A stretch of DNA of 64,000 nucleotides from Bacteroidota bacterium (GTDB lineage Bacteria > Bacteroidota > Bacteroidia > Bacteroidales > VadinHA17). This document shows, in pieces, positions 38,586 to 47,891 of the stretch. The stretch is from positions 4,815 to 68,814 of the forward strand of contig DRPN01000138.1 of the NCBI GenBank assembly GCA_011374625.1, written 5' to 3'. The translations under genes were made by a program, and so were the position numbers. The notes under the pieces were generated by a model that saw only the letters and a program-made list of their open reading frames with translations, did not search any database and had not been told where the DNA came from. Position 1 is the first letter of the stretch, and each line of letters starts with the position of its first letter.

Positions 38586-38852
38586 TCATGCTCCCGATTT
38601 GTTCTTCTTCCTTTTCCTTGCAGCGAAATAAGTAACACCTGCGGCGCCCAGTACGATTAACAGAGCACTATCCAGTGGAGCTGATACGACGGTTTGATGT
38701 CTCCAGTGATGATGATGTCTGTGGCGGTGCCTGGTTTTTTTCCCCGGTTTACCATAAGCATCAATTGAAAAATAAAGCATGATACTTAACAGGGTAATGA
38801 TCCTCAGTAGTTTCATTTTTCCTTTTTTTAATGATTCAATGGTACGATACAT
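38586..38852 (-). CDS. Small secreted His/Arg-rich protein with a PEP-CTERM-like C-terminal sorting signal
   Basis: 88 aa from 38852; 76 aa from the more likely ATG at 38816. The order is signal peptide MKLLRIITLLSIMLYFSIDAYG, then KPGKKTRHRHRHHHHWRHQTVVS, then APLD + SALLIVLGAAGVTYFAA + RKRKKNK. It lies between the sugar transferase and the exosortase-like gene on the same strand. Confidence 0.5.
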   Translation of the reverse strand: MYRTIESLKKGKMKLLRIITLLSIMLYFSIDAYGKPGKKTRHRHRHHHHWRHQTVVSAPLDSALLIVLGAAGVTYFAARKRKKNKSGA

Positions 38853-38917
38853 TTATTGCTGGTAATATTTTTATGGTGATATGAGTGGTGAATAATTATC
38901 TCATTTCATTGGAACGT

Positions 38918-40168
38918 TTATTCACTGATGATTTTTCTTCTGAAAATATTATTCATGGCCAAAAAGAAATAACGCAGGTCCGTAAAATGCGACTGAGTTT
39001 TCTCTTTCAGATAGATTCTTTCTGCTTCAATGTTTCCTTTATCAGAAGGCATATTCAGGGATACATAGGGTGGAATGCAACCGGGTTTTGTAAGAACGCG
39101 GCTCACTTTCAGATCTTCCGGCAATTCATTAAACCGGGTTTTGCTCAGAGGTCGTACCCCCACAAGTTTTAGTTCTCCTTTCAGAAGGTTAATAATTTGT
39201 GGCAGCTCATCTATCCAGTGTTTTCTGAACCACTTCCCCCAGGTAGTCAGTCGGAAATCATGTGCAGGTTTGCCTTTATCGGTATAGCCGTTCATTTTTA
39301 CCACAAAATCCTGAATAAATTCAGAAAACGGATGCATCGTCCTGAACTTATATATCCTGATCATTTTTCCGTTCTTACCCACCCTGTTTAACCGGATAAA
39401 TGGGCCATATGTTGGTCTGACAACTTCTTTTGGCTCACCGGTTTTCATAACCACAAAATAGGTCAGGCCGTGAATAACCCTGAAATCGATTATATCAAAC
39501 CCGCATGAAACCAGTCTTCCCAATACTTCAGCTTTTGAAAGGAACCGGTACTTCCCTTTTGTGATCCTGAAGTAGAGTCCTTTTGTGAAGGATAATTTAG
39601 GTATGACCCGGTGGAAAAGAAAATCAATCAGAATTTTCAATTGTTTAACAGGTGTGATCAGGTTTGCATAAACCCTCTCATTGCGCTGTTCATTTGTTTC
39701 AAAGTTGCCAATATAAATTCCGGCATCGGGCAATAACGAATTAATGGCTTTGAAATACTTGTTGATGTACCGGGTATGATTGGTTTTTTTGAAATCAATG
39801 ATGGCGCGGACATCACTGCCCATGATCACAGCGCGGACATTAGAGAGTGTCAGGGGATTTGTGTCAAGATAAAGCCTGGAAGTGAGCAGGATGTTATTGA
39901 TCTTTCCGAGATGCAAGTTCTCTTCAATGTAATGAAGAACCGGAAGGCTCGATTCACGGGAAATGACATCGACGATTAATCCTTTCCTTTTCTGGTGGAT
40001 GGTTTCTGAAGCTTCCTCCCAGGATGGAGGCTTTTCCAGCCTTTGCACATTGGAACGGAATCCATTTATATTCACCAGCTGATATCCTTTGCGGATGAAA
40101 TCTTCGCCGTTTAATAGATGGCATACGTTACCCTCTATTAATTTTTCGGAAAACGTGTTTCCCCCCAT
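38918..40168 (-). CDS. Bacterial sugar transferase (Bac_transf phosphoglycosyl transferase domain) with a long soluble N-terminal domain
   Basis: 416 aa. The C-terminal catalytic block is GKMIRIYKFRTM...DFRLTTWGKWFRKHWIDELPQIINLLKGELKLVGVRPL. The N-terminal ~250 aa has no obvious TM helix and ends in a methyltransferase-like LSKAEVLGRLVSCGFDIIDFRVIHGLTYFVVMK. Confidence 0.75.
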   Translation of the reverse strand: MGGNTFSEKLIEGNVCHLLNGEDFIRKGYQLVNINGFRSNVQRLEKPPSWEEASETIHQKRKGLIVDVISRESSLPVLHYIEENLHLGKINNILLTSRLYLDTNPLTLSNVRAVIMGSDVRAIIDFKKTNHTRYINKYFKAINSLLPDAGIYIGNFETNEQRNERVYANLITPVKQLKILIDFLFHRVIPKLSFTKGLYFRITKGKYRFLSKAEVLGRLVSCGFDIIDFRVIHGLTYFVVMKTGEPKEVVRPTYGPFIRLNRVGKNGKMIRIYKFRTMHPFSEFIQDFVVKMNGYTDKGKPAHDFRLTTWGKWFRKHWIDELPQIINLLKGELKLVGVRPLSKTRFNELPEDLKVSRVLTKPGCIPPYVSLNMPSDKGNIEAERIYLKEKTQSHFTDLRYFFLAMNNIFRRKIISE

Positions 40169-40699
40169 TGATGTTCCGAAGAATTAAACTGATGAGATTG
40201 AATAAATCGAACTGATCTCCCTCGTTCGAACTAAAATAACTTTTTAAAAACTCATGTTTTCAAAAAGTACTTACACTCATGCACTAAGCACCGGTGTTAT
40301 TACTTATACATAAATTTAGGCCAAAACAAACTGTTTGTCAACTAAGTTTTGACCAACAACCTGATTTTAATGATTATCCTGATTCTCTGAACTTTGGCAT
40401 AAATCATTCGAAAGAACCGTGCGGATGATGTAACCAATTGTTATTGAGGTGATAATATGACATTGTCGTGAATGAGATTCACAGATATATTCAACGCCGG
40501 TGGATAAGGTTTGGAAATAAAATAAAACCCTGTACTGGTATACATCAGGGGTATCGCTTTCATGCTAATATATCCTTCTGCATTTGACGAAAAGAATAAA
40601 ATGCGTATTTTTTTTTAGAAAGTTCTGCCATTTCATTTATCTCCGGTTCACCGGAAGTACATCTGTTTCTTTTGCAAAATGATATTTCCGTATTGAAAA

Positions 40700-41464
40700 T
40701 TATCGTAAAAAGTTCAGAACCAGCAGTGTAGTTGTTATGGTGGAAAAGATTAAACTGTACGGAAATTCGGTGAAACCCCAGACCCGTTTCTTTAATGGCT
40801 CAACATAGACAATATCATTGGGCTTAATTATGTAATAATACGAAGTAAAGATGTTTTCGTCGAGCAGGTTCACGTAGTTCTTTGTAATGATATTATTTTC
40901 TTCCCGTATTACCAGAACCTTTTCCCTGTTTCCGAATTTTGTGATATCGTTTGCATATCCGAGCGCCTGGAAAATATTGATACGCTTATCGTAAAACGTG
41001 TAGATGCCCGGATTGTTTACTTCTCCAAGTACCGTGACCTTTTTATTAACGAATTTGATGCTGACCTCAGGCTGGTTAAGATATCCCTGAAGCCTTTCCT
41101 CCAGAATGTCACTGGCTTCCTCAAGGGTTTTATTCAGTAATAATACTTTTCCGATATAGGGAAGTTTAACATAGCCTTCTTCATTTACAGTATAGCTGAT
41201 GAGTGTGACATCCTCCCTCGCATAAAACTGGTCTCTTCCAACATTGAAAAAATTTAATGTTTCATCAAAGCTGGTTACCCTGATATACAGTTCATCGCCT
41301 GGCTGGATCAGGTTGACTTCTGCGATTTTCATGTGAAAAGCCTCAGGCTGATCTTGTTTGCGATCCTTTGGCTGAACATATACCAGTTCTTTTTTTGTAA
41401 CACAGGATACCGAAAGAATGATTAGAGAAGCGAAAATAAAAAGGATGCAGGATGTTCTTTTCAT
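40700..41464 (-). CDS. wza: Polysaccharide export outer-membrane lipoprotein (Wza / Poly_export + SLBB)
   Basis: 254 aa with lipoprotein signal LSVSC, IQPGDELYIRV, VNEEGYVKLPYIGKV and VTVLGEVNNPGIY. Confidence 0.8.
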   Translation of the reverse strand: MKRTSCILFIFASLIILSVSCVTKKELVYVQPKDRKQDQPEAFHMKIAEVNLIQPGDELYIRVTSFDETLNFFNVGRDQFYAREDVTLISYTVNEEGYVKLPYIGKVLLLNKTLEEASDILEERLQGYLNQPEVSIKFVNKKVTVLGEVNNPGIYTFYDKRINIFQALGYANDITKFGNREKVLVIREENNIITKNYVNLLDENIFTSYYYIIKPNDIVYVEPLKKRVWGFTEFPYSLIFSTITTTLLVLNFLR

Positions 41465-41604
41465 GGCAGGTTTCTCTTTGTTGGGATTGTGGATTGGCTA
41501 ATGTAAAGTTATTAATATTTAGTTAATTATGAATTTAGTTAAATATAATTTTGATAATATTTAAAATTAATTTACGTATATGCGTATATAAATGTAAAAA
41601 AATA

Positions 41605-42858
41605 TTATTTTTTTTCTGTAATAATACTGATATTTTCAAGATTCCCGTCGTTGGGAGAGGGGGTGATTCCGAGAAGTTTACACATCAATTCATACACATG
41701 GATATTTTTAAAGGCCGGGATGGTATGACCTTTTTCGAATGACGGTCCGCAGGCATAGAATATGGCATTCATATCCGGGCAGGTGGTGGGATCATACCCG
41801 TGGGCGCCCCCTTCGAATGTCCTGCCCCTTTCCCAGCCTATGCTCCACCCGGGATCTGCTGTTACGGTAATATCCAGGCATCGTGGATGGGTTCCATAGT
41901 GCCAGGAAGGGGGTGTTGCGGAATTGGCAGCTACCACCAGATGGGGGATGGCTTCAAGGGTATGTAAAAGGGTTTCGTAGAATCCTTCAGCAGCCTGTAT
42001 GTTGATTACCGGACTGCCTCCACGGGCTGTCCTTATCCAGTGTGGAGGAATGTGATCATTCAGCCAGATGACCCGGTCGTTGCTGATTTCTGTCATGCCA
42101 TGGTCAGAAAGGATAATCAGGTTGATCGTTTCATAATGGGGAAGCCTTTTCATCCGGCGTATGAAAACCCCCACCAGGCTATCGAGATATTCCACCATTT
42201 CTCCTGTTTCGATGCTTTCCGGACCATAAGTATGCCCCACAGCATCGGGCTCGTGCAGATACCACATGATGAGCCCCGGACGTTCCTCCAGAGGCAGTTC
42301 CAGCCAGGCCATAACAGTATCCATTCTGTCGACGAAAGCCATATCATGGTCATAGGGTTTCCACCTGGAAGGGCGCATTCCCTGAATATCCGCTTCCGAT
42401 CCCACCCAGAAACAGATGGCTGTTCTGATGCCCTGTTGTTCCGCCGTATTCCAGACAGGTTCCCCACCGTAGAAAAATCCGTCTCCCACAGCTTCCCTGT
42501 CTCCTATGCTGTACAACCTTCCTGTGGCAGGATCCATGAAACTGTTATTGACCAGCCCGTGGTGGTCGGGAAATAGTCCTGTAGCCAGTGTATAATGATT
42601 CGGGAATGTTTTTGTGGGAAATGCGGGAATAAGGAATTCGGCACGGATCCCTCCTTCTGCCAGCGCGTCCAGGTTCGGGGTGGAATACAATTGTGAATAA
42701 TCCCAGCGGAACCCGTCCAGGGAAAGAACTACCAGAGTATGTGGCTCAGGGTCTGCATGATCAATATCCCGGCATCCTGCCAGGAATAATGGAACAGTAC
42801 ATATCAGGAGAAGCAAGGGAAGTCCGGCTCCCTCGGCCATACATTTTAATGTTTTCAT
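41605..42858 (-). CDS. Ectonucleotide pyrophosphatase/phosphodiesterase (NPP, alkaline-phosphatase superfamily) lipoprotein
   Basis: 417 aa with lipobox LAGC and the motifs LVVLSLDGFRWDY, FPTKTFPNHYTLATGLFPDHHGLVNN, HEPDAVGH and LSDHGM. The start overlaps the upstream stop by 4 nt. Confidence 0.8.
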   Translation of the reverse strand: MKTLKCMAEGAGLPLLLLICTVPLFLAGCRDIDHADPEPHTLVVLSLDGFRWDYSQLYSTPNLDALAEGGIRAEFLIPAFPTKTFPNHYTLATGLFPDHHGLVNNSFMDPATGRLYSIGDREAVGDGFFYGGEPVWNTAEQQGIRTAICFWVGSEADIQGMRPSRWKPYDHDMAFVDRMDTVMAWLELPLEERPGLIMWYLHEPDAVGHTYGPESIETGEMVEYLDSLVGVFIRRMKRLPHYETINLIILSDHGMTEISNDRVIWLNDHIPPHWIRTARGGSPVINIQAAEGFYETLLHTLEAIPHLVVAANSATPPSWHYGTHPRCLDITVTADPGWSIGWERGRTFEGGAHGYDPTTCPDMNAIFYACGPSFEKGHTIPAFKNIHVYELMCKLLGITPSPNDGNLENISIITEKK

Positions 42859-45086
42859 AGAATGTCTTTATGGTTGCGGGCATTGACAAAAAGAATATTC
42901 CCCATACCCTTATAGCCCAAAAATACTTTGTCTTTATCGTGCTTGACCTGTTCGCCACGGAAACCGATAATGGTCAGTCCTGCCTGAGCCGATTTTTCAA
43001 TGATGAGTTGTTTGGGGCTGATATTTTCATCCTGTTTGATGATTTCAATGTTCTTTGTCGATATGTGCAATCTTCCTTTCTGCACCAGGTTTTCAAGTTC
43101 TTCCCTGGCCCGGATGATTTGATCGGGCTTACTGATATTGAAGATTTTAATATGACTCTTTTTCCAGTCAGGATGAAGAAGAATGATGTAGCTGATCAGA
43201 ATCATCAGGCTGGAATTTTCAAAATCGGTGGTTTTTAACCAGATATGAATGCCATTCCTGGGCTGCAGTATTTTCCTCGACCATCCCAGAATGCAGATGT
43301 CAAAAAAACCGGAGCGCACGAGGCTGTAATTGTCAACAATCTGGTTCAGATGTTTCGGGTCTTCCCGGTCAAAATCAAAGATGATCATATTGTTTTCCAG
43401 ACCCGAAATGGAGGGTAACTGAATCACCTGGGCGATGGCTGAGGTATAACTTGGAGATATCAGGGTATCGAGGTATACATTATGATGGGTACGGTGAGAG
43501 GTTTCGATCAGTTTTTTCAACACTTCCCTTGATTCCAGATGTGTGTTGCGAGAATAATATCCTTCAATCAGATGAATGTATGTACCAAAACCGTACTTGT
43601 AGGATATCCAGTTTACAAGTTGCAGGGCATCGTCCCTTTGAAAAGTGTTTCTGGAAACGCATACGACCGAGGGGCGCCATTTTTGGGAACTGCCTATTTT
43701 CTTGGATTTTTGCAGGTAAACCTGAAGGTTTCTGGAAAGCTGAAAAATGGATGATTGAAAAATGGCTTCAATTCCCTGCCGGTCCTTATGATAATAATGG
43801 ATAAAGGTATAGATCAATGTCATGACCACCAGTGCCAGAAGGCTGTATAATGTGCTGATTTTGAACATAAGATAGAAGCACATGATGAAGCCAATAAAGG
43901 AAAGATACCACCGTGATTTGAAGGAGGGACGGTAGGACGGGTCGGATCCGAAGTGATACAGGAAGGAAATGAGACATAGTGATCCGTAAGTAACCATAAA
44001 GAACATGGAAATGATCTTGGCCACCGCATTGACCGACCCGAGGGCGACAAAAATGAAGGCGATGATCACTGTAATGACGCTGGCATTGAAAGGTTCGTTA
44101 TTCTCATCTTTTCCCCGGGCAAGAAACAGGTTCAGCCGGCGGCTGGGGAATGAGCGGTCGACACCCAGTGCCTGCAGGGTGCGTGGTGCTACCATAACAC
44201 TTCCCAAAGCAGAGGATATGGTGGAAGCAGCCAGCCCCATGGGAATGGCAATATTTCCGTACAGGGCAATTTTTGCCATGATCAGCTGGTTGTTGACCAG
44301 TTCCGCAGGAGATGCCGAGCCAGCCAGTTTCCAGGTAACAAAGAAATAAACTACCAGCCCGATCAGCGTGGCCGAAATGGTTCCCAGGGGAATGGATTTG
44401 CGTGGTTTCTTCAGGTCACCCGACAAACCTACACCTGCTGTCATACCGGTAAAAGCAGGAAAGACAATGGCAAAGATAATGAAGAACTGGTCCATATTCC
44501 TCATACTACCTCCCAGGGGCGAAAATTCAGAAGTTATGGCATAACCTGTATTCCCGAGAAAGAAAAGTACCAGGGAAGTAAACAGGATAACTACTACTAC
44601 ATAGAGGGTTTTCACCCCCAGATTGGCTCCCTTTTTCAGTACCAGCAGGGCCAGAAGCGTCATGGCCGGAATGCTGATTACCTGCCTGGGCAGATGCCAC
44701 CCCCATTTTTCAGCTACGAAATTAAACAGGGGTTCAAATGCTTCGGTAAAGGCAATAACATAGAATGCCACACTGATGGCCTGCGACAAGTACAGGGCAA
44801 TTCCGATGGTGGCGCCAATATTCAGTCCGAAAGAACGCGAAATGATATAGTATTCCCCTCCGCCTTCCACTTTCTCGTTGGTAGCAATTTCCGAAAGAGC
44901 CAGCGCGGTAGGAATGGTGACCATATGTCCTACCAGAAGGATGATCATTACACCGAAAAATCCCAGGGTGCCCACAGCATAGCCGAATCTCAGAAAAAGG
45001 ATGGCTCCGAGAATGGTGGAAATGGCTGTAAAAAATACAGGGGCCGTTCCGAAACCGTGTTTCCTCTTAGTAGTATTGTCCTGCAT
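42855..45086 (-). CDS. APC-superfamily cation-chloride-cotransporter-like (SLC12-type) permease with a large cytoplasmic C-terminal domain
   Basis: The likely start is ATG at 45086 (MQDNTTKRKHGFGTAPVFFTAISTILGAILFLRFGYAVG). About 12 TM helices are followed by a ~280-aa soluble tail. Confidence 0.7.
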   Translation of the reverse strand: MQDNTTKRKHGFGTAPVFFTAISTILGAILFLRFGYAVGTLGFFGVMIILLVGHMVTIPTALALSEIATNEKVEGGGEYYIISRSFGLNIGATIGIALYLSQAISVAFYVIAFTEAFEPLFNFVAEKWGWHLPRQVISIPAMTLLALLVLKKGANLGVKTLYVVVVILFTSLVLFFLGNTGYAITSEFSPLGGSMRNMDQFFIIFAIVFPAFTGMTAGVGLSGDLKKPRKSIPLGTISATLIGLVVYFFVTWKLAGSASPAELVNNQLIMAKIALYGNIAIPMGLAASTISSALGSVMVAPRTLQALGVDRSFPSRRLNLFLARGKDENNEPFNASVITVIIAFIFVALGSVNAVAKIISMFFMVTYGSLCLISFLYHFGSDPSYRPSFKSRWYLSFIGFIMCFYLMFKISTLYSLLALVVMTLIYTFIHYYHKDRQGIEAIFQSSIFQLSRNLQVYLQKSKKIGSSQKWRPSVVCVSRNTFQRDDALQLVNWISYKYGFGTYIHLIEGYYSRNTHLESREVLKKLIETSHRTHHNVYLDTLISPSYTSAIAQVIQLPSISGLENNMIIFDFDREDPKHLNQIVDNYSLVRSGFFDICILGWSRKILQPRNGIHIWLKTTDFENSSLMILISYIILLHPDWKKSHIKIFNISKPDQIIRAREELENLVQKGRLHISTKNIEIIKQDENISPKQLIIEKSAQAGLTIIGFRGEQVKHDKDKVFLGYKGMGNILFVNARNHKDIL

Positions 45087-45529
45087 CTTCGGTTCTATGA
45101 AAAAGATATTTTTCCCTGCAAAATGCATAAAAAGTTGAATAAAATAAACAATTTAACCATATATTGTTTAAAATAAACCGGTAAAATGTTTCCTGAAATG
45201 GTTTTTGATTTTTTCATTAGTGAAACAACTTCAGAGAATAAAATTTCAAATGCCATTCAACTTTTTTCTCCTTTTTTTTGTTTATAGGTTGTGAACGTAT
45301 TTTGGTAAAAAACAGGCCTGATCAGGTAAAGACCAATCCTGAGTCCGTTGTAATATCATTAATTTCAGTACGGCAGATTAAGTAATGTGTGAAAAACTTT
45401 TATTGATATAACCTAATTTTGAAAAACCTCGTATAATCATTTGTTATTCCAAAATTTAATCATCGCGATTCAAATTATTAAGTGTAACTGAACAGTCGCC
45501 TCAGTAAAATATAATCTAATCAGAAGAAA

Positions 45530-46153
45530 ATGAACTCTATATTAACAAAAGTGCTTGGTATGCTCATCCTCGTGACGGTTTTATTCAGTGGATGCAAAAA
45601 GGATCCCATAGAGGAACCAAAAGATAAACTGAAAGAATATCCGGGAGTTAACATGATGATTGACCGGCCAGGCGACAAGGAAAGTTATTTTATTACCACC
45701 ATAACGAATGGTGATACGTTGAACGGGATATACCCCGGCTGGTGTCTTGATACGGACAAACACCTTTTGTCTGATACCCTGTATACCGTTAAGGTGGTTG
45801 CACCGGATGATGAAATATTATCCTTATTTATCGAATGTCCGGAGAATATTGATCTGATGACCTATATTATCAATGCCGGATATGTAGGAAAACCTGCTTA
45901 CAGCGGGGGGGAATTTACCTATGGTGATGTGCAGCTTGCTATCTGGTTATTGATTGATGATAAACAATCCTATGTAGGTTTGGATGACTGGAATCAGAAC
46001 CGTGTAAATGAGATAATAGATGAAGCTCTGCAGTATGGAGAAGGCTATGTCCCCGAAGCGGGAGGTATAACCCCCATTGTATTCATCCCTTTCAGGGAGA
46101 ACACCCTGTATACTGCCCAGATTTCAGTCATTGAATTTCCCCTGGAGGATTAA
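45530..46153 (+). CDS. Hypothetical lipoprotein
   Basis: 207 aa with a signal peptide and lipobox (LFSGC). I recognise no family. Confidence 0.5.
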   Translation: MNSILTKVLGMLILVTVLFSGCKKDPIEEPKDKLKEYPGVNMMIDRPGDKESYFITTITNGDTLNGIYPGWCLDTDKHLLSDTLYTVKVVAPDDEILSLFIECPENIDLMTYIINAGYVGKPAYSGGEFTYGDVQLAIWLLIDDKQSYVGLDDWNQNRVNEIIDEALQYGEGYVPEAGGITPIVFIPFRENTLYTAQISVIEFPLED

Positions 46154-46166
46154 CTCACGATGATAA

Positions 46167-47093
46167 TCAGCTATCAGATTCCTGTTGGGGAACCTCCCAC
46201 CCGTAGTCTACATATTCCCAGTTGAACTTGTTGCCTTTTACGTGTATCATAACGAATCCTTCTTCCATTCCCAGGCGGGGGCCGTTCCACCAGGAAGCAC
46301 ATACCGCTCCGCCTGTGATGAACCGGGCGCCCATGGCCGATATTTCTTCCAGAAAATGCAGATGGCCCTGCAGCACAAGTTTCAGATTGTGATCGGCAAA
46401 CCTGTCGAGTACCTCCTTTGAGTTGACAACTACCAGGCTTTCTCCATTCGGAACCGTGGAACCGGCCAGCAGCTGGGTCTGTACCGTGATAAGCGGTATG
46501 TGCATAACCACCACAATGGGGGTGGAGGGATTTACCCCGCCCAGATCACGGTCAAGCCATTCAAGCTGTACCGAATCTACTTTTCCGATATATACCCCTT
46601 CATGATCTTTTTCAATGGAATCGAGGATATAAAACCGCCATCCTTTATGATCGAATGCATAAAAGCGTTTCCCTATCCTTTGCTCATACATTTTTTTCCC
46701 GTAAAGAGGATGGGAAGGATCAATTCCGCTTTTCGGATGATATCCGAAAATTTCATGGTTTCCTATGGTATTGTATACGGGGACCTGTATCAGGGCGGAA
46801 AGGGAGTCGTACAAACTGTACAACGAGTCGACCCGGCTTTCCCGCTGGTTCAGAGCATCCATGATCATATCGCCTCCCGTTATCACAAAATCCGGTTGTA
46901 AACGGTTTACCCTGTCGATGGCTTTGCGAAAACCCTCAGCGGCATTCTTTTCAGGTTGTACATGAATATCGGTCAGGAATGCAAAGCTGAATTCTTCAGT
47001 GGAGGTATCTTTTTTCTTGCATGATACGGTAGCAAAAAAAATGAGAATGACCGGGAAAAGAACGAATGGCTTCAAAATGGATTTCATAGGCAT
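46167..47093 (-). CDS. Calcineurin-like metallophosphoesterase lipoprotein
   Basis: 308 aa with lipobox VSC and the motifs FAFLTDIHV, TGGDMI, GNHE, VMHIPL and GHLH. Confidence 0.75.
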   Translation of the reverse strand: MPMKSILKPFVLFPVILIFFATVSCKKKDTSTEEFSFAFLTDIHVQPEKNAAEGFRKAIDRVNRLQPDFVITGGDMIMDALNQRESRVDSLYSLYDSLSALIQVPVYNTIGNHEIFGYHPKSGIDPSHPLYGKKMYEQRIGKRFYAFDHKGWRFYILDSIEKDHEGVYIGKVDSVQLEWLDRDLGGVNPSTPIVVVMHIPLITVQTQLLAGSTVPNGESLVVVNSKEVLDRFADHNLKLVLQGHLHFLEEISAMGARFITGGAVCASWWNGPRLGMEEGFVMIHVKGNKFNWEYVDYGWEVPQQESDS

Positions 47094-47177
47094 ATGTTTT
47101 TTGATGGTTAGAACATGACTTGTTGATTAAAATCCGGAATTAATTCACATAAATATACAAAACCTTCCGGTTCACAC

Positions 47178-47756
47178 TCATGCTTTCAGGTTATTATCAA
47201 TGAAATCTCCCAGCTTTCGGTAATTTTCTTCCATTACAGGCTTTTTTGGCGGATCAAAAAGAAGAGCGGTGGGATGCCTCAGCGGATATACCGTATACCT
47301 GCCGGCCTGAAAGACATGACCGAAGAGAAGATGGAATTTCTTTTTTTCTGGCCGCGGCAGATTAAAATACATCAACAAAAAACGTGTGGCATGAAAGCCA
47401 AGGGGTACGATCAGTCCCGGGTTGACAGCTTCCATTTCCCTCAGCAGATAGGGGCTGCATGCATCGATTTCGGTTCGGGAGGGCCGGCGGCATTTTGGAA
47501 GGAAACATTTTATGAGATTGGTGATATATATCTGTTTACGATCGAGTCCGGCTATGGCCAGCAGATGATCCAGATGGGGGGCTGAAGGACCTGTAAACAT
47601 TCTGCCCGACTGGTCTTCCACCGGACCAGGTGCCTGTGCGATCATGAAGATCTTTGCATGGATATTCCCTTCTCCCGGCAGGGCATGCTTCCTCGTCAGG
47701 TGCAGCGGGCAGAAGGTACAGTTTCGAATTTCCTTTCTGAATGCTTCCCAGTCCAT
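47178..47756 (-). CDS. Uracil-DNA glycosylase, family 4
   Basis: 192 aa with CTFCPL (Fe-S Cys pair), GEGN..AKIFMIAQAPGPVEDQSGRMFTGPS and IYITNLIKC. Confidence 0.75.
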   Translation of the reverse strand: MDWEAFRKEIRNCTFCPLHLTRKHALPGEGNIHAKIFMIAQAPGPVEDQSGRMFTGPSAPHLDHLLAIAGLDRKQIYITNLIKCFLPKCRRPSRTEIDACSPYLLREMEAVNPGLIVPLGFHATRFLLMYFNLPRPEKKKFHLLFGHVFQAGRYTVYPLRHPTALLFDPPKKPVMEENYRKLGDFIDNNLKA

Positions 47757-47891
47757 GAATTCATGAAAAAAGAGTTACTTTTGTTCAAAAGTACTGATTT
47801 CATATGTTTTTTGTGTTTTTTGGCAGTTCAATTTCCCGAAGGGAAGGGAATAAAAACCATGCACGAGTTGTCTAAAGATTGAACAATCGCC

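Noticed and set aside
40169-40699. The 530-nt gap between wza and the sugar transferase examined for a tRNA, sRNA or riboswitch
   Set aside because: It contains only weak short hairpins, for example tccgg-ttca-ccgga near 40651, without U-tracts. I saw no cloverleaf-like structure and cannot support any feature there.
42040-42576. 178-aa plus-strand ORF inside the NPP gene, and 44694..45176 inside the transporter gene
   Set aside because: Both are antisense to well-supported genes and carry no motifs.
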